Positions 36,585 to 48,288 of a DNA stretch of 64,000 nt are shown here, piece after piece. The DNA comes from Haliotis cracherodii. Its lineage: Eukaryota. Both the position numbers and the translations under genes were made by a program. Each line of letters starts with the position of its first letter. Positions within the stretch are counted from its first letter, which is position 1. The stretch is taken from NCBI RefSeq assembly GCF_022045235.1, contig NW_027266275.1:25110001-25174000 (forward strand). The letters are read 5' to 3'. The notes beneath the pieces were generated by a model. It saw nothing but the letters and a program-made list of their open reading frames with translations. It was not told the origin of the DNA and ran no database searches.

Positions 36585-36725
36585 CAGTAAACTAACGAAC
36601 TGCCGGATAAATCGAAATCGTTTTTTGGTCCCGGCCATTTGCTGTATATATGCTTATAACGAACTACGGTTATAACGAACTAAAATTTGTGGTCCCTTTC
36701 AGTTTGTTTGTTTAATAGTTTACTG
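36585..36725. mobile_element. Tc1/mariner-pogo type MITE (TA-flanked cagtaaa..tttactg); related copy at ~52318-52473
   Basis: ta|cagtaaac ... gtttactg|ta with internal ataacgaac repeats; the shared core tatgcttataacgaactacggttataac recurs at 52.4 kb. Confidence 0.7.
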
Positions 36726-36994
36726 TATGTGGTTACGCAGCCAAACAATGTTTTGTACCCTATCGCTTCAAACCTGACTCACGTTGACCTACTTATACAT
36801 GTGCAAGTTATATATATATCCTTGAAAACACGGGACTCTTCCTGGTGAGATAGCACCAGGATGTCATACATTTTCTGACAAATGGGATTATGTTTTCAAA
36901 ACACGGACTGAAATTCTTAAGTTGCCCTCCAACAAGAATAACTGTACCGGTATGCAAGCTGTTTCAGTCTTCGATAGTCAGATACTATCTGCTT

Positions 36995-37006
36995 GGGGAT
37001 TTCCCC
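36995..37006. promoter_or_regulatory. Candidate NF-kB site GGGGATTTCCCC ~125 bp upstream of the G4 ATG
   Basis: Fits the GGGRNWYYCC consensus; a second kB-like site GGGACTCTTCC lies at 36832-36842. Confidence 0.55.
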
Positions 37007-37130
37007 AAATACGCGTAGGATGGCGTGTGGGTGAGGTATGATCACCACATGTTGCAAAGGGAGTGTTCAAGCATATACCAAGTTAGCGTCTCTTCTAATC
37101 GGACCCTTCTTGACGTTGGGGAAAACCAAG

Positions 37131-39071
37131 ATGTTCGGATGTACCCGGTTCCTTGGGGTGTTAACCTTCATGTCCGTCGTGACCCCTGGGACATCAGGCG
37201 GACTCGTCAGATGTAACCCTGGAATGTATTATGACACTGCCATTGGACGCTGTGACGTTTGTGATGTCATATGCGACTATGCTGAGATTCAAGGCACTGT
37301 ACATGAGTGTAGTGAAAAGTGTCCTGGTGAGTTACATTTCTCTACACGTGATTAACATCAAGAACCATAATGACTTGTATTGAATAGAAGCGTATGAAGC
37401 CACCTGTCTGTAACAAATATCGACTTCACAAAACACATTATTTAAATTCTTATCACTTTTTTCCCGTAGTTTATACTATATATTTTTTATTACGTTCATA
37501 AAATCATAACATTATCATCTAAAATAAGTGTTAACTTCAAATGTCTATTTTTCAGAATATAAAACTACGACCACTAGCAAGCCTTTCATATCAACAAACC
37601 CCTCAACAAGTAAGTCGAACTATAGTCTTTTATACTGATATATTGTACCTAGTCACTGATTTAATTCTCCCAACCAACAGCAGAACCACATGTAAAGATT
37701 GGACCACTCTCCAGATATCGATTCGTGAATATTCTGGTTTAGAATTACAGGTCATCAGCAACCTGCGAGACAACTTAATGGATTGCGTGTCATCGTATCA
37801 CCGGTTTGTCTGATCCAGATTCGATATAGACAGACCACTGTCATGTAGCTAGAATAGTGCTCAGTTGGCGTGAAAACAACAAATATGATGAGACGTGTCA
37901 TAGTATACCCGTATGTAGGGAGGGGGGGTTCGAATGGTTAGAAGACAGATCTCTTTTCGACACAATTCGCCAGTCTTGGTTTACAATGGTTCAGGGTCAT
38001 GTTCACAATGCGGGGGTGTCATAAGGAACAGCTGACAGAGTAAACATGTTTGTGTTATAGGGTTCAGTGCGCGGCACAGGTTCAGTGACGTATTGGCTCC
38101 TACGCATTAATCGACTACGTTATTTAAGTGTTAGGAGACCTGTTTGGAATGTTATGTTTTTAGGTGTAGAAGCGTATCATTGGGACTTCGCATAAGAGCG
38201 AATAATATTTTCGATTAGTTGGTTGGTTTGTTGTTTAACGCCGCACTCAGCAATATTCCAGCTGTATGTCTGCGGTCTGTAAATAATCGAGTCTGGACCA
38301 GACAATCCACTGATTGACATCATGAGCATCGATCCACGCTTCGGAAACGATGACATGCATCAATCAAGTCAGCGAACCTGACCACCCGATCCCGTTAGTC
38401 GCTTCTTACGACAACCATAGACGCCTGAAGATCTGTTCTACCCCGGATCTTCACGGGTCAGACAGATCTATGACTTCTCTTTAGGTAGAAGTAACCTATT
38501 CCAGAGTAGAGGTCATCCTAATACAGTACCAGTATTCAACTCTACATTCATAGCCCTCCCTCGCATAACAGTGATACAGTGGACTTGGTGGGTCATCACT
38601 GCAATGGGAGTGTCCCTGACAATGAAACGCCGACTCACAATAGCCTGCTATCGGATGTCAAGTTCCACAGCGTTGTAAACTTTTCTAAGTTGTCATACAT
38701 GTCAACAAACATATTTCTTCTGCTCTGTTGAACATTAGATTATCTCATTTTCAGGTTCGCCATCGGGGGACAGGCACGGCGGCTTTACGATGTCAACACA
38801 GGCATCTATAGCTTCATTGGGGGTGATATATGACCAACCAAGACTTATACTCCTCCTTGTGATGGCCTTGTGCACTGTGACTATCCTGATGTCGACAGTG
38901 ATAATCCTTCTGGTTGTATGGAAGCTCAGAGGGGACACATCGCATAGGAAGACAATCTATAATAAAATAAATAGGGCACCATCTCCAATATACGCGAATG
39001 GACAAAAGAAGAGGATAAACGGAGACTACGTTATAAATGGACTATTGGCACGGGACAGTGTGGATGTGTGA
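37131..39071 (+). CDS. G4: TNFR-like receptor, signal peptide + 1 CRD + TM + tyrosine-motif tail (~188 aa); exons 37131-37326, 37556-37609, 38755-39071
   Basis: MFGCTRFLGVLTFMSVVTPGTSG..CNPGMYYDTAIGRCDVCDVICDYAEIQGTVHECSEKCP|gtgagt; 54-nt phase 1-1 stalk exon (EYKTTTTSKPFISTNPST); TM LILLLVMALCTVTILMSTVIILLVVW. An upstream in-frame ATG at 37038 is possible but gives a poorer signal peptide. Confidence 0.85.
38218..38459 (-). mobile_element. SINE-like family A, full length
   Basis: Ends in cttcacgggtc, the reverse complement of the family 5' end. Confidence 0.85.
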
Positions 39072-39387
39072 ATCATTTTGGTGAATGTTTATGTACTTGG
39101 TGAAATTTGAACGCTTCCATTGGCATAAAAATCAACCAAATGATATTATGATCGTGATGATATATTTTTTGCGAAATAGATCATATCTCCGTATATCTAT
39201 TGGTCATGTTAATGCTAAGTGAGTATTTTCGAAGACAATTTATACATTGCTGACAATTTATATGTAAGTAAGTATCGACCCAGATAGAGGACCATTTATG
39301 CTTTAGATTGATTTTTCAATCATTTAGTACATATTGCACAAAGTCATATACTTTATGCAAGGGAGTTTTATCCTTGGTCTTGGTTTT

Positions 39388-39555
39388 AGTGAGTGAGTGA
39401 GTTGGGTTTAACGCCGCTTTTAACAGTATTCCAGTTATATCACGGCGTGTCAGCTTAATGTGGGAGGAAAGCCCGAAGTAATGCAGTTCTCAAAAGTTTA
39501 CCACTTCAACTCTGAAATGGGAATTGCGGCGCCTTAGACGTCTGAGCCACTCGTT
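39388..39555 (-). mobile_element. SINE family C, internally deleted
   Basis: Tail and head segments match 13913-14184. Confidence 0.75.
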
Positions 39556-39886
39556 ACCATGTTTTTACATATTGGGGATGTTACATATATTGTTGTCATG
39601 TGTTTCTTTTATGACGTTAATGTTTGGTGTCACGCTGCTGATATATACATACATGAATTATTGTTATGATTATCTGTGTCTGTGCATTGATCCGAGAGTT
39701 TAGCACGTTGTTTCTATGTTTAAAGTTTATGTTTTTTTATTATTTAACGTTGTATAAAAAATATATTAATATAACAAACATGATTGGTGTTTGACTTTGC
39801 ATATGCCCCAGTGTAGATGACGACATCAATCCAACATCAGATCTCAATATGTCCTGTGTTTATGCCATTGTGTTACCTGTTATATA

Positions 39887-40125
39887 GATCCGTGAAGATC
39901 CGGGTTAGAATTGGTCTTCAGGAACCTGTGCTTGTCGTAAGAGGCGAATATGCTTGTAAGAGACGACTAACGGGATCGGGTTGTCAAGCACGCTGACTTA
40001 GTTGATGCATGTCCAAACTGCATGTCGCCAATCACTAGATTGTCTGGTCCAGACTCGATTCTTTTCAGACCGCCGTCATACAGCCGGTATATTGGTGTGT
40101 GGCGTTAAACAACAAACAAACAAAA
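39887..40125 (+). mobile_element. SINE-like family A
   Basis: gatccgtgaagatccgggttagaa..ggcgttaaacaacaaac. Confidence 0.8.
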
Positions 40126-40429
40126 CGTGTTATATACGATGTGAAATTAATGTGTATTTTCAGAAACATGTTAATTCAGTTCACAAGTGCCAATATTATT
40201 TAGAAGTTAACTTGAATAAGATCAGAACACAATTCAAGACCAACTCTATTATTGTCACCGCGAACCGTTGAAAAGGGGGCATTATCCATAAGTTAGATTG
40301 TCAGATGATAATGGAGATGTATTGAGTTATATAAAAGCGTTTCCATATTCATAAGAAATCTTTGTTAAGAGCAGAGGGGTTGCGACTACAGCTCTAACAT
40401 AAGCCTCTGTTTAAGAATCACTATCAATG

Positions 40430-41030
40430 AATGATGACACCAGGTACTCGCAAAATGGTAAGCGTATCCTGCCCACCTGTGGCACCCGTCACAAACACAT
40501 GCAAAGGCATATAAATGTTCACCAGACCAAAATGGGAAAATATGGGCCAAGCCAAAATTGCATTATTTGTCACTGATGCCTAACATTTGGACATGGCCTT
40601 AGCTTTACTAAGGCCTTGATAGTTATGACCCTCAAGTTATGGCCTTGATAGTAAGGATCCTGATCAACAACTTTTGAGCGAGAGTCGTGTGACGCTCTTT
40701 GAAATCTCCATGGAAAGAGCATGCCCGATTGTACCTCAAAAGTTGTGAAAGGTTAACACCAAGGGCTGGAGCTGCACCTACATTGCTCCACATGAAGTGG
40801 ACGGTGACTCCTGGAAAGTTGAAGTAATCCCTCTTGTCATACAGTCTTGTGGAGAGTGTCTTGTCACTCTGAATCTTTACGCACAGATTTTAAGATGAAC
40901 AGGTAGGTAAATCGATGGAGGGGTTACTGGACGATACCAGATCATCAATATACCTGAAGCTTACTAATAGTTAAACGTCTTGGCCAAATTATCCAGTTTT
41001 GACTTTGCCAATCCAATCAGAAGTTCCTAT
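40430..41030 (-). pseudogene. Penelope-like retroelement remnant
   Basis: Minus strand reads DKTLSTRLYDKRDYFNFPGVTVHFMWSNVGAAPALGVNLSQLLRYNRACS; same 3' end motif as 1921-1990. Confidence 0.72.
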
Positions 41031-41054
41031 TCAAATGCGGATCAGCAAGAAGAT

Positions 41055-41055
<1 letters not shown>

Positions 41056-41130
<75 letters not shown>
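41056..41130. repeat. (GT)n microsatellite
   Basis: Seen directly. Confidence 0.99.
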
Positions 41131-41131
<1 letters not shown>

Positions 41132-42138
41132 AATTGGTACCCACGGGAATGCCTACATCTTGCCTGAATGTCACCCCCCAACTCTTACATAGATGTTACC
41201 AATGAGGAAGTGCAGCATTTCACATAGTGTTATCTCAGTAAACTTTCATTTTTTATATATTGCCCTGAACCCATGAAGATATTGTCACCACGTTTGAAAC
41301 AAAATCCCCATGGTGTTTGTCATGTGGGATAGTGGTTTACCAAGGTGAAAACTCAACTGTTATGATAGAAACAAGTAAAGTTGAAGCCAATCCTCTTGTC
41401 GTACAGTCCTGGGGAGAGTGTGTCGTCACTCCGAATCTTTATGCATACATCTTAATGTGAAACAAATCTAGCGGTTTAAAGCAGAAGCAATAATTTACAG
41501 CACCATATACAATCTATGTCTCTTTAATTTAAATAGTCAACATGAATATACACATGTATAATTGACAAATATAATCTGCAATGATTGGTTGAAGGCCGCA
41601 TTACATCACAGCCAGTGTTCAAATATAGTGATAAGTCAATGAACCCCGGCCATCATATTCATGATATGGCACATGGGCCGCACTTTAATATTTACAAGTA
41701 TGCATTCACAAATCAAAACTCGTATCAATACGTCCTACGCAATACCACCTCCCCCAACTGGGTTAACAAAAAACGGTAACCTATTATGCGATATATCTCA
41801 ACTTGTAGTTCACAGAGAGGCTTATGGAGGTTTCGGGAGTGAAAATACATTATTACTGTTTAGTTTCTATGTACTTGCCCTTATATTCGCAATGAAACAT
41901 TACGATCATTGTTTGTGAGATGATTGGGAGTATATTTTTGTGATTTGACAAAATTAGCGTTGATTAGGTCATTCATAGCGCACCCCACATCGAATATCAG
42001 CCCGATTTGGGGCCGATCTCTGATATTCTGGTGGAGGAGGGTGATGGCGTAAGGGGTGTGTGTGTGTGTGTGTGTGTGGGGGGGGGGGGGATATCAAATG
42101 GATGGTTCCGTACAAAAAGGACATAATTAGAGCAATGA

Positions 42139-42333
42139 CCTCGACGCTGATTACATGTTTACGTGTTTCTAAATCGGACTTGTGACACCGTTCTTTCAGC
42201 CGGCGTTTTTTTTACTGCTCTCTTCACTAACAGCCGTGAATCACAGCCCATCCCATATTGTGCAACACAATAAAACGCGCTGTATATTTTTCAAGCTAGC
42301 ATTATCGCGGCCCTACGTGGTAGTATTTCAGTT

Positions 42334-42378
<45 letters not shown>

Positions 42379-42564
42379 CCTCGACGCTGATAACATGTTC
42401 TAAATCGGACTTGTGACACCGTTCTTTCAGCCGGCGTTTTTTTTACTGCTCTCTTCACTAACAGCCGTGAATCACAGCCCATCCCATATTGTGCAACACA
42501 ATAAAACGCGCTGTATATTTTTCAAGCTAGCATTATCGCGGCCCTACGTGGTAGTATTTCAGTT

Positions 42565-42599
<35 letters not shown>

Positions 42600-42757
42600 C
42601 TTCGACGCTGATAATATGTTCTAAATCGGACTTGTGACACCTTTCTTTCAGCCGGCGTTTATATTTACTGCTCCCTTCACAGCCCATCCCATATTGTGCA
42701 ACACAATAAAACGCGCTGTACATCTTTCAAGCTAGCATTATCGCGGCTCTACGTGGT
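42139..42757. repeat. Near-identical tandem triplication (~220-240 bp units, third truncated) with (GA)n tracts, directly upstream of G5
   Basis: Units at ~42139-42377, 42378-42597 and 42598-42757; duplicate ORFs 42182 and 42413 in the track. Confidence 0.92.
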
Positions 42758-42871
42758 GTTTATCGGGTTCATGTCGGGGGTTTAATCAGGGGTATCCACT
42801 GTAGATGTCAGTTGACCCATCACATAGGGAACCCTGGTACACATGCTGGCAACTGTGTACGTCATCTGATC

Positions 42872-45859
42872 ATGGACTGCGACAAGGGGCTGTACTACGA
42901 CCACGGCACCAACAGCTGCGCCTACTGCTCACAACTCTGCTCCTATGTTGATATCCAGGGAACGAGAGCCGAGTGTGAGGGAAACTGCCCGGGTAGGTTG
43001 GAAACGTTACTTGAACCAAACTGAATTCTTCTCACAAAATATATAATCATCGCTGTCTCAACGTGTCCGTATGTATACCGTCAATCAAAGGTTTTCTAAC
43101 GTGACTTCTGTATCTTAACTTACTCGCAGAATGGAGTGTGGTTCAGAATGGACAGTTATGGTTCAGAATTCAACCCACTCAAATACAATGTCCACCCGTC
43201 AATGCTTACAACCCCATCCACACACGAGCGCCTACAACAGTCTGAATACAACAGCAGAATTACACATACATCTATGTTACAATTCGCCAGCCATAGTTTC
43301 CAATGGTTCAGGGTCATGTTCACAATGCGGGGGTGTCAGAAGGAACAGCTGACAGAGTAAACATGTTTGTGTTGTAGGGTTCAGTGCGCGGTACAGGTTC
43401 AATGACGTATTGGCTCCTACGCATAATCTTCTACGTTATTTAAGTGTCAGGTAACCGGCGTGGAATGTTTATGTTTTTAAGTGTAGAAGCGTGTCAGAGA
43501 GAGAGAGAGAGAGAAAATATTTATGTCGCGTGTAAATAACATATACAATATAAACAATTATCATCGGTATTGGACCCAGCCTTTACAGGCTTATGAGACA
43601 TCGTATGTACATTAAAACATGTATAAAAGTATCCAAGTAAAACATTGTAAGCTTTTTTCTTACATTGTACCATCATATTTTCTTATTCCAGCAGCCAAGG
43701 AACTTTTGTTGGACACCATATTTTAACGTTACATGTGCATATTGAGATCGCAAGTTACCAAATGGCTAACTATTTGTAGTACAAAATAATAAGAAAAATA
43801 ACCATCAAAACACCTATTTATGTGTATGTTAACACCAGTATGATTAAACCACTTGATTAGTACATACGTGCAATTTTTAAATGTTAGGGAATATCTTCTA
43901 GTGAGAATACCAAATAATAATTTCAAAAGACATAGTTTCAGACTGTTGTAGATGTGTAACCTCATTAGACTTTAATTTCCCATCTGAGAAAATACTGTAA
44001 GCAAGAATAACAAGTGATAACTCCACCAAATACTTCTTCAAACTATTTCCTGTGGGATCACAGTTGACTAGATTTTTTGATACAATATAACAAGTAGTGT
44101 AACCGACAAAACACCTCTTTACCTGCAAGTTAACAACGACAGTGTTTAACCCTTTGATTAGCATATACTTGCCAGCTTGTGATGGAAGTGCAAGCCGTTT
44201 CCCACTTTGGTTAGCCCTACGAGCACGGGAATAGTGCTGGCAAACCAAGAAATATAATCATAACAGAATGGTTGATATTTTTTAATCACTGTTTTCATTA
44301 TATACACGCAAAGTGCGTTGTGAACACTGCTATTACAAAACTGCTGTTGAAAGTATACCCAATACACCTTACGTATAATCAGTTCAGGTTAAAACTGAGT
44401 CAGGACCAGACAATCCAGTGATTGACATCATGAGCATCGATCCACGCAAATGACATACACTGACATGCATCAACCAAGTCAGCGAATCTGACCACCCGTT
44501 CTCGTTAGTCGCCTCTTACAAGCATGGTCTCTGAAAACCAATGAGGCTGAATGTAGCTTATCAGGATCAGTTGGATAGGAAGCAAACATAATATGTTAAT
44601 GTGTCACAATCCTGTCGTTAAAGGTAAATGGGACAAAATATTTTATTTTTTATATTTTAGTATCAAGACAATGTTCACAGTGTGACTAAAGATTATCTGT
44701 TATGTTCTAGGTTTCCTCCAGTCCACGACGCAGTCCGTAGTCACAGCCACGACGTCAGTCCTACAAGACAACCCGTGGTCTATAGTCGCTATTGTCCTCT
44801 CGTGTTTGGTAGCGTTCGTCGCTCTGGGTGTCATCATCCATATGTACATCATACCAGCTGCAATGAGAAGACTGAAGAAACAGGACTGTTGTGGGGATGG
44901 AGAGTCCAGGCAACCCCACACCCAGGAGACAGGATCGCCGGGGGTGCGGACAGAGGCGATGGGTACGGTTATACTTTTATACACGACAAATGGAGGATGT
45001 AACACCCTTTATGATACAGTTAGATATTTCCCACAAGGACGTGGATAGAAATGAAATTATTTTAAATTTTCGCTGAGCTTTATAACAATTGTTATATTGT
45101 CTCATTGTTTACGAAGAGACCCATAGCAAGGTTTGTCACAAATAATTCAAGATGACGTAATCCATTGTTCATGACGCCATGGGGATTATTTGTGACGTCG
45201 TTCAAAGAATAGAGAAACTGAGCCGATGTCTCAACTTGAGATCACAAACCAACAATTTTCTACATTTTCTCAGAAAGTTTACTTTGGAGAATATGGAGAA
45301 TAATAAAAGAGCAACGAAGATTTTACGGATCAGCCACCACATCTTGTGAATTAAAGTTGAAAGTTACAAAATGTATTCACCCGGGAAGGTAATACGTAGT
45401 TCCTCGCTGGTCAATGTTCAATAAACTTATTTTGTTATATTTTATGTTACCACATCATAACGTAAAATCTCAGTGAAGAAATATATATAATATGCTATAC
45501 ACTCAATAGGGATCTTGAACGATTTTGATTTGTGAATAATTAAATTTCATTAAAATGGACTTTGGAAAAAATATCAATGATGGACTAGATATTTCTCTAT
45601 ATACCAGAAGGCCCACACGCCTGTAACTAATGTGAATGTGCACAATGTATAATTAGAAGAAAATGTTCAAACTACTCCGAATTCCTTTCCTTTCGATGAC
45701 ATTTCTTAACAACAATATATACCCGGTAACATTGAATACAATTTGTTTTAAGATTCGAATTATATCTATCAAAATGGCATCAGTATTGGTGTTTACATGT
45801 GTTTTTTATTGTTGTCATCAGTAGATTTGCTGGGCAACAACAACGGACAACAGCAATGA
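42872..45859 (+). CDS. G5: TNFR-like receptor without signal peptide, 1 CRD + TM; exons 42872-42992, 44711-44962 and a tentative last exon 45825-45859 (alternative: read-through to stop at 45048)
   Basis: MDCDKGLYYDHGTNSCAYCSQLCSYVDIQGTRAECEGNCP|gtaggt; ttctag|GFLQSTTQSVVTATTS..WSIVAIVLSCLVAFVALGVIIHMYII..RLKKQDCCGDG. The phase-1 donor gtacgg lies at the same position as in G3. The last exon is uncertain. Confidence 0.75.
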
Positions 45860-47069
45860 AAATCAACATCATCACTGTCAACGACATCATGCCAAGACTC
45901 ACCCAGACCACGCATTGATGACATCAGTATCGCCTTGGGCATTATTCCAAGTCTCACTCAGATCATCTCTTAATCACCGTTACAGTGTGATGACCATGAG
46001 TCCCCGGATTCATCTAGACCATGGCGTTTAATACCATCATATTGCATGAACATTGGTCAATGGCACCCTCAGGGTCAACACTCGTCGAGAAGACCATCAC
46101 CTTAATGCGACTGGCATTATTCCAAGACACATCTAAAGAAAAAGCTGGACCACGTGTTTAATACCATCCTACTGCGATGGATATTATTCCAAGACACATC
46201 TATACCACTTTAATATGATCCTATTGTCATGGACATTTTAAATAAAAAGCTGGACCACATGTTTAATACAATCCTACTGCCATGGACATTTTTCCAAGAC
46301 ACATCTAGAGCAAGGTGATAAACCTTACACCCAAGAGCCTGAGTCACATACCAAACTTTCATTTTCAGCATTCTGTCCCAAGGGCATTATTTTGTACTTA
46401 ATAGCCTCATCATTCCCATAACATGCTGTAAATAAATGAATTGTTTAATAATAGATTATTATTGGGTTTTGTTATTTTCATTTGTGTTATCTATCTATAC
46501 CCCCAGACAATGTTTTGTATTTCAGGAAATGTGATGTAAATATAGTTTACATTCATCTCTTTACATCGGACATATTGTGATGTATTTTCTCAAGTCTCTG
46601 AAATAATGGTTAAATATAATTTGATATCAAATGAGTATGAGTCATTGCACGAAACGATAAGGTAAAATGGAGTTTAAAGTCGCGTTAAAAAATAGTATGT
46701 GTGTGCGTGTGTGTGTGTGTGCGTGCATGCGTGCGTGCGTGCGTGTGTGTGTATGAGTGTGGCTGTGTGTGTGTGGCTGTGGCTGTGGCTGCCTGTACTA
46801 GTCCAAACTAGTCGGTTGTTCTTTATGATATACCACAGTTACACAAATTCTTTTTTATACCTCATGTGCCAGTAATTAATAAACGTCTTTTGATATGACG
46901 CGACTAGGGAATTGAACCAGCGACCATCCACTGCGCCAACCAAACCCCCAGGACATGGACATGGTTTGTTCGTCACATCTACTCTGTGATAATCTAGTCC
47001 ACCTAGTCAATCTACTATACTGTCGATCGTTGACAGGTTTAGAAATATTATTTCTGTTCAACTTGTGAC

Positions 47070-47661
47070 CAATCTCATTAAAATCCGATCGAAGTTGTTG
47101 CTGCCGCTAAACAAAGATCTGAGGACATCCCATTACGATTCACGTCAGAACGACCTTTCGCGAACTTTGACCGACCACTGAAACGACTAACAAGAAGTCG
47201 ACATCAGGCAATTAGAAAGCAGCTTTCTCGAGCTTTATGGCACTCGTTTCAACCTAGCGACTTCCATTTCAGACTACGCTTGAAAAATATGTTGACAGAG
47301 TTCTCGCTTAAAATTTTGAAAACTGAACAAACGAATATTCCGGAATGTCTAATATATGGTTGCGATTACATGGCAGTGCTTCCAACGTACTGTGCAACGC
47401 CTCCTCCGTTCAAATGTTTCTCCCATGGGACAATTTTGACGGAATCAGTGGTACGGGCCGTAACTGTCGTTCGGAATACCCCGTGTCAACGTTTATAAGG
47501 TTGCATGATCAGAAATGACATCCCGACTGTCTCTTTAATGATCTGGTAAGCGACGCTTTGATTGGTCGGATGAAAGGTCGTTCTGACGTGACCCGTAATG
47601 GGATGTCCTCAGATCTTTGTTTAGCGATAGCGAGAAGTAAGATCTGATTTTAATGAGATTG
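47070..47661. mobile_element. ~590-bp non-autonomous DNA transposon with ~100-bp TIRs (Mutator-like)
   Basis: caatctcattaaaatc..ctaaacaaagatctgaggacatcccattacg..acgacctttc mirrored at 47560-47661; flanks acttgtgac / acatgagac match at 7 of 9 positions, suggesting a 9-bp TSD. Confidence 0.78.
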
Positions 47662-48288
47662 ACATGAGACAGTCACGATATAGATATATGGTATATAGGG
47701 CAGATACACTCATCATTGCGCAAACACCTGGTATCATGACAAGACGATGGTGATTCATGAACACATGGTCGTAAAAAGTCGGACTCTACAATGGACACTG
47801 CTTTAGCAAAAGTTTCTAATGATCATGGACATGTTGTCGCTTTTATTTATTCTAATCACACTGTTCTGGATAGAAATATGTCGTCGACAGTTGTAATACT
47901 TGAACAAAGCATGTTTCCTGTCTGTGATAGCGTGTAACGTAAACCCGCCTATGATGCTACTTCTAAAAATAGCGCTGGTTCTGACAGGTTGTAACACAAT
48001 ATCCTGCGCAACAACATTTTTATGCCTGAAAAGATTACCCGATCTTGTGAAATGGTCATAGTTCATTGATGTAACACAGAAAATGTATGTACTGGCACTA
48101 ACAGACGTGCTTTGTGTTCATGAAAATTATCAAACCTGGAATACCCAGATTGTTTTTGCAATGCCTTATGTAATAGTGACGATGTGGATTTCCCAGTGTG
48201 CTAATTTTAGATATCAGTCACGTAAATGCAAGTTTTGAAGCAATCAAGTCAAATATACCGAAACCTCTGCTTTTGGTAGTCTTGAAAA

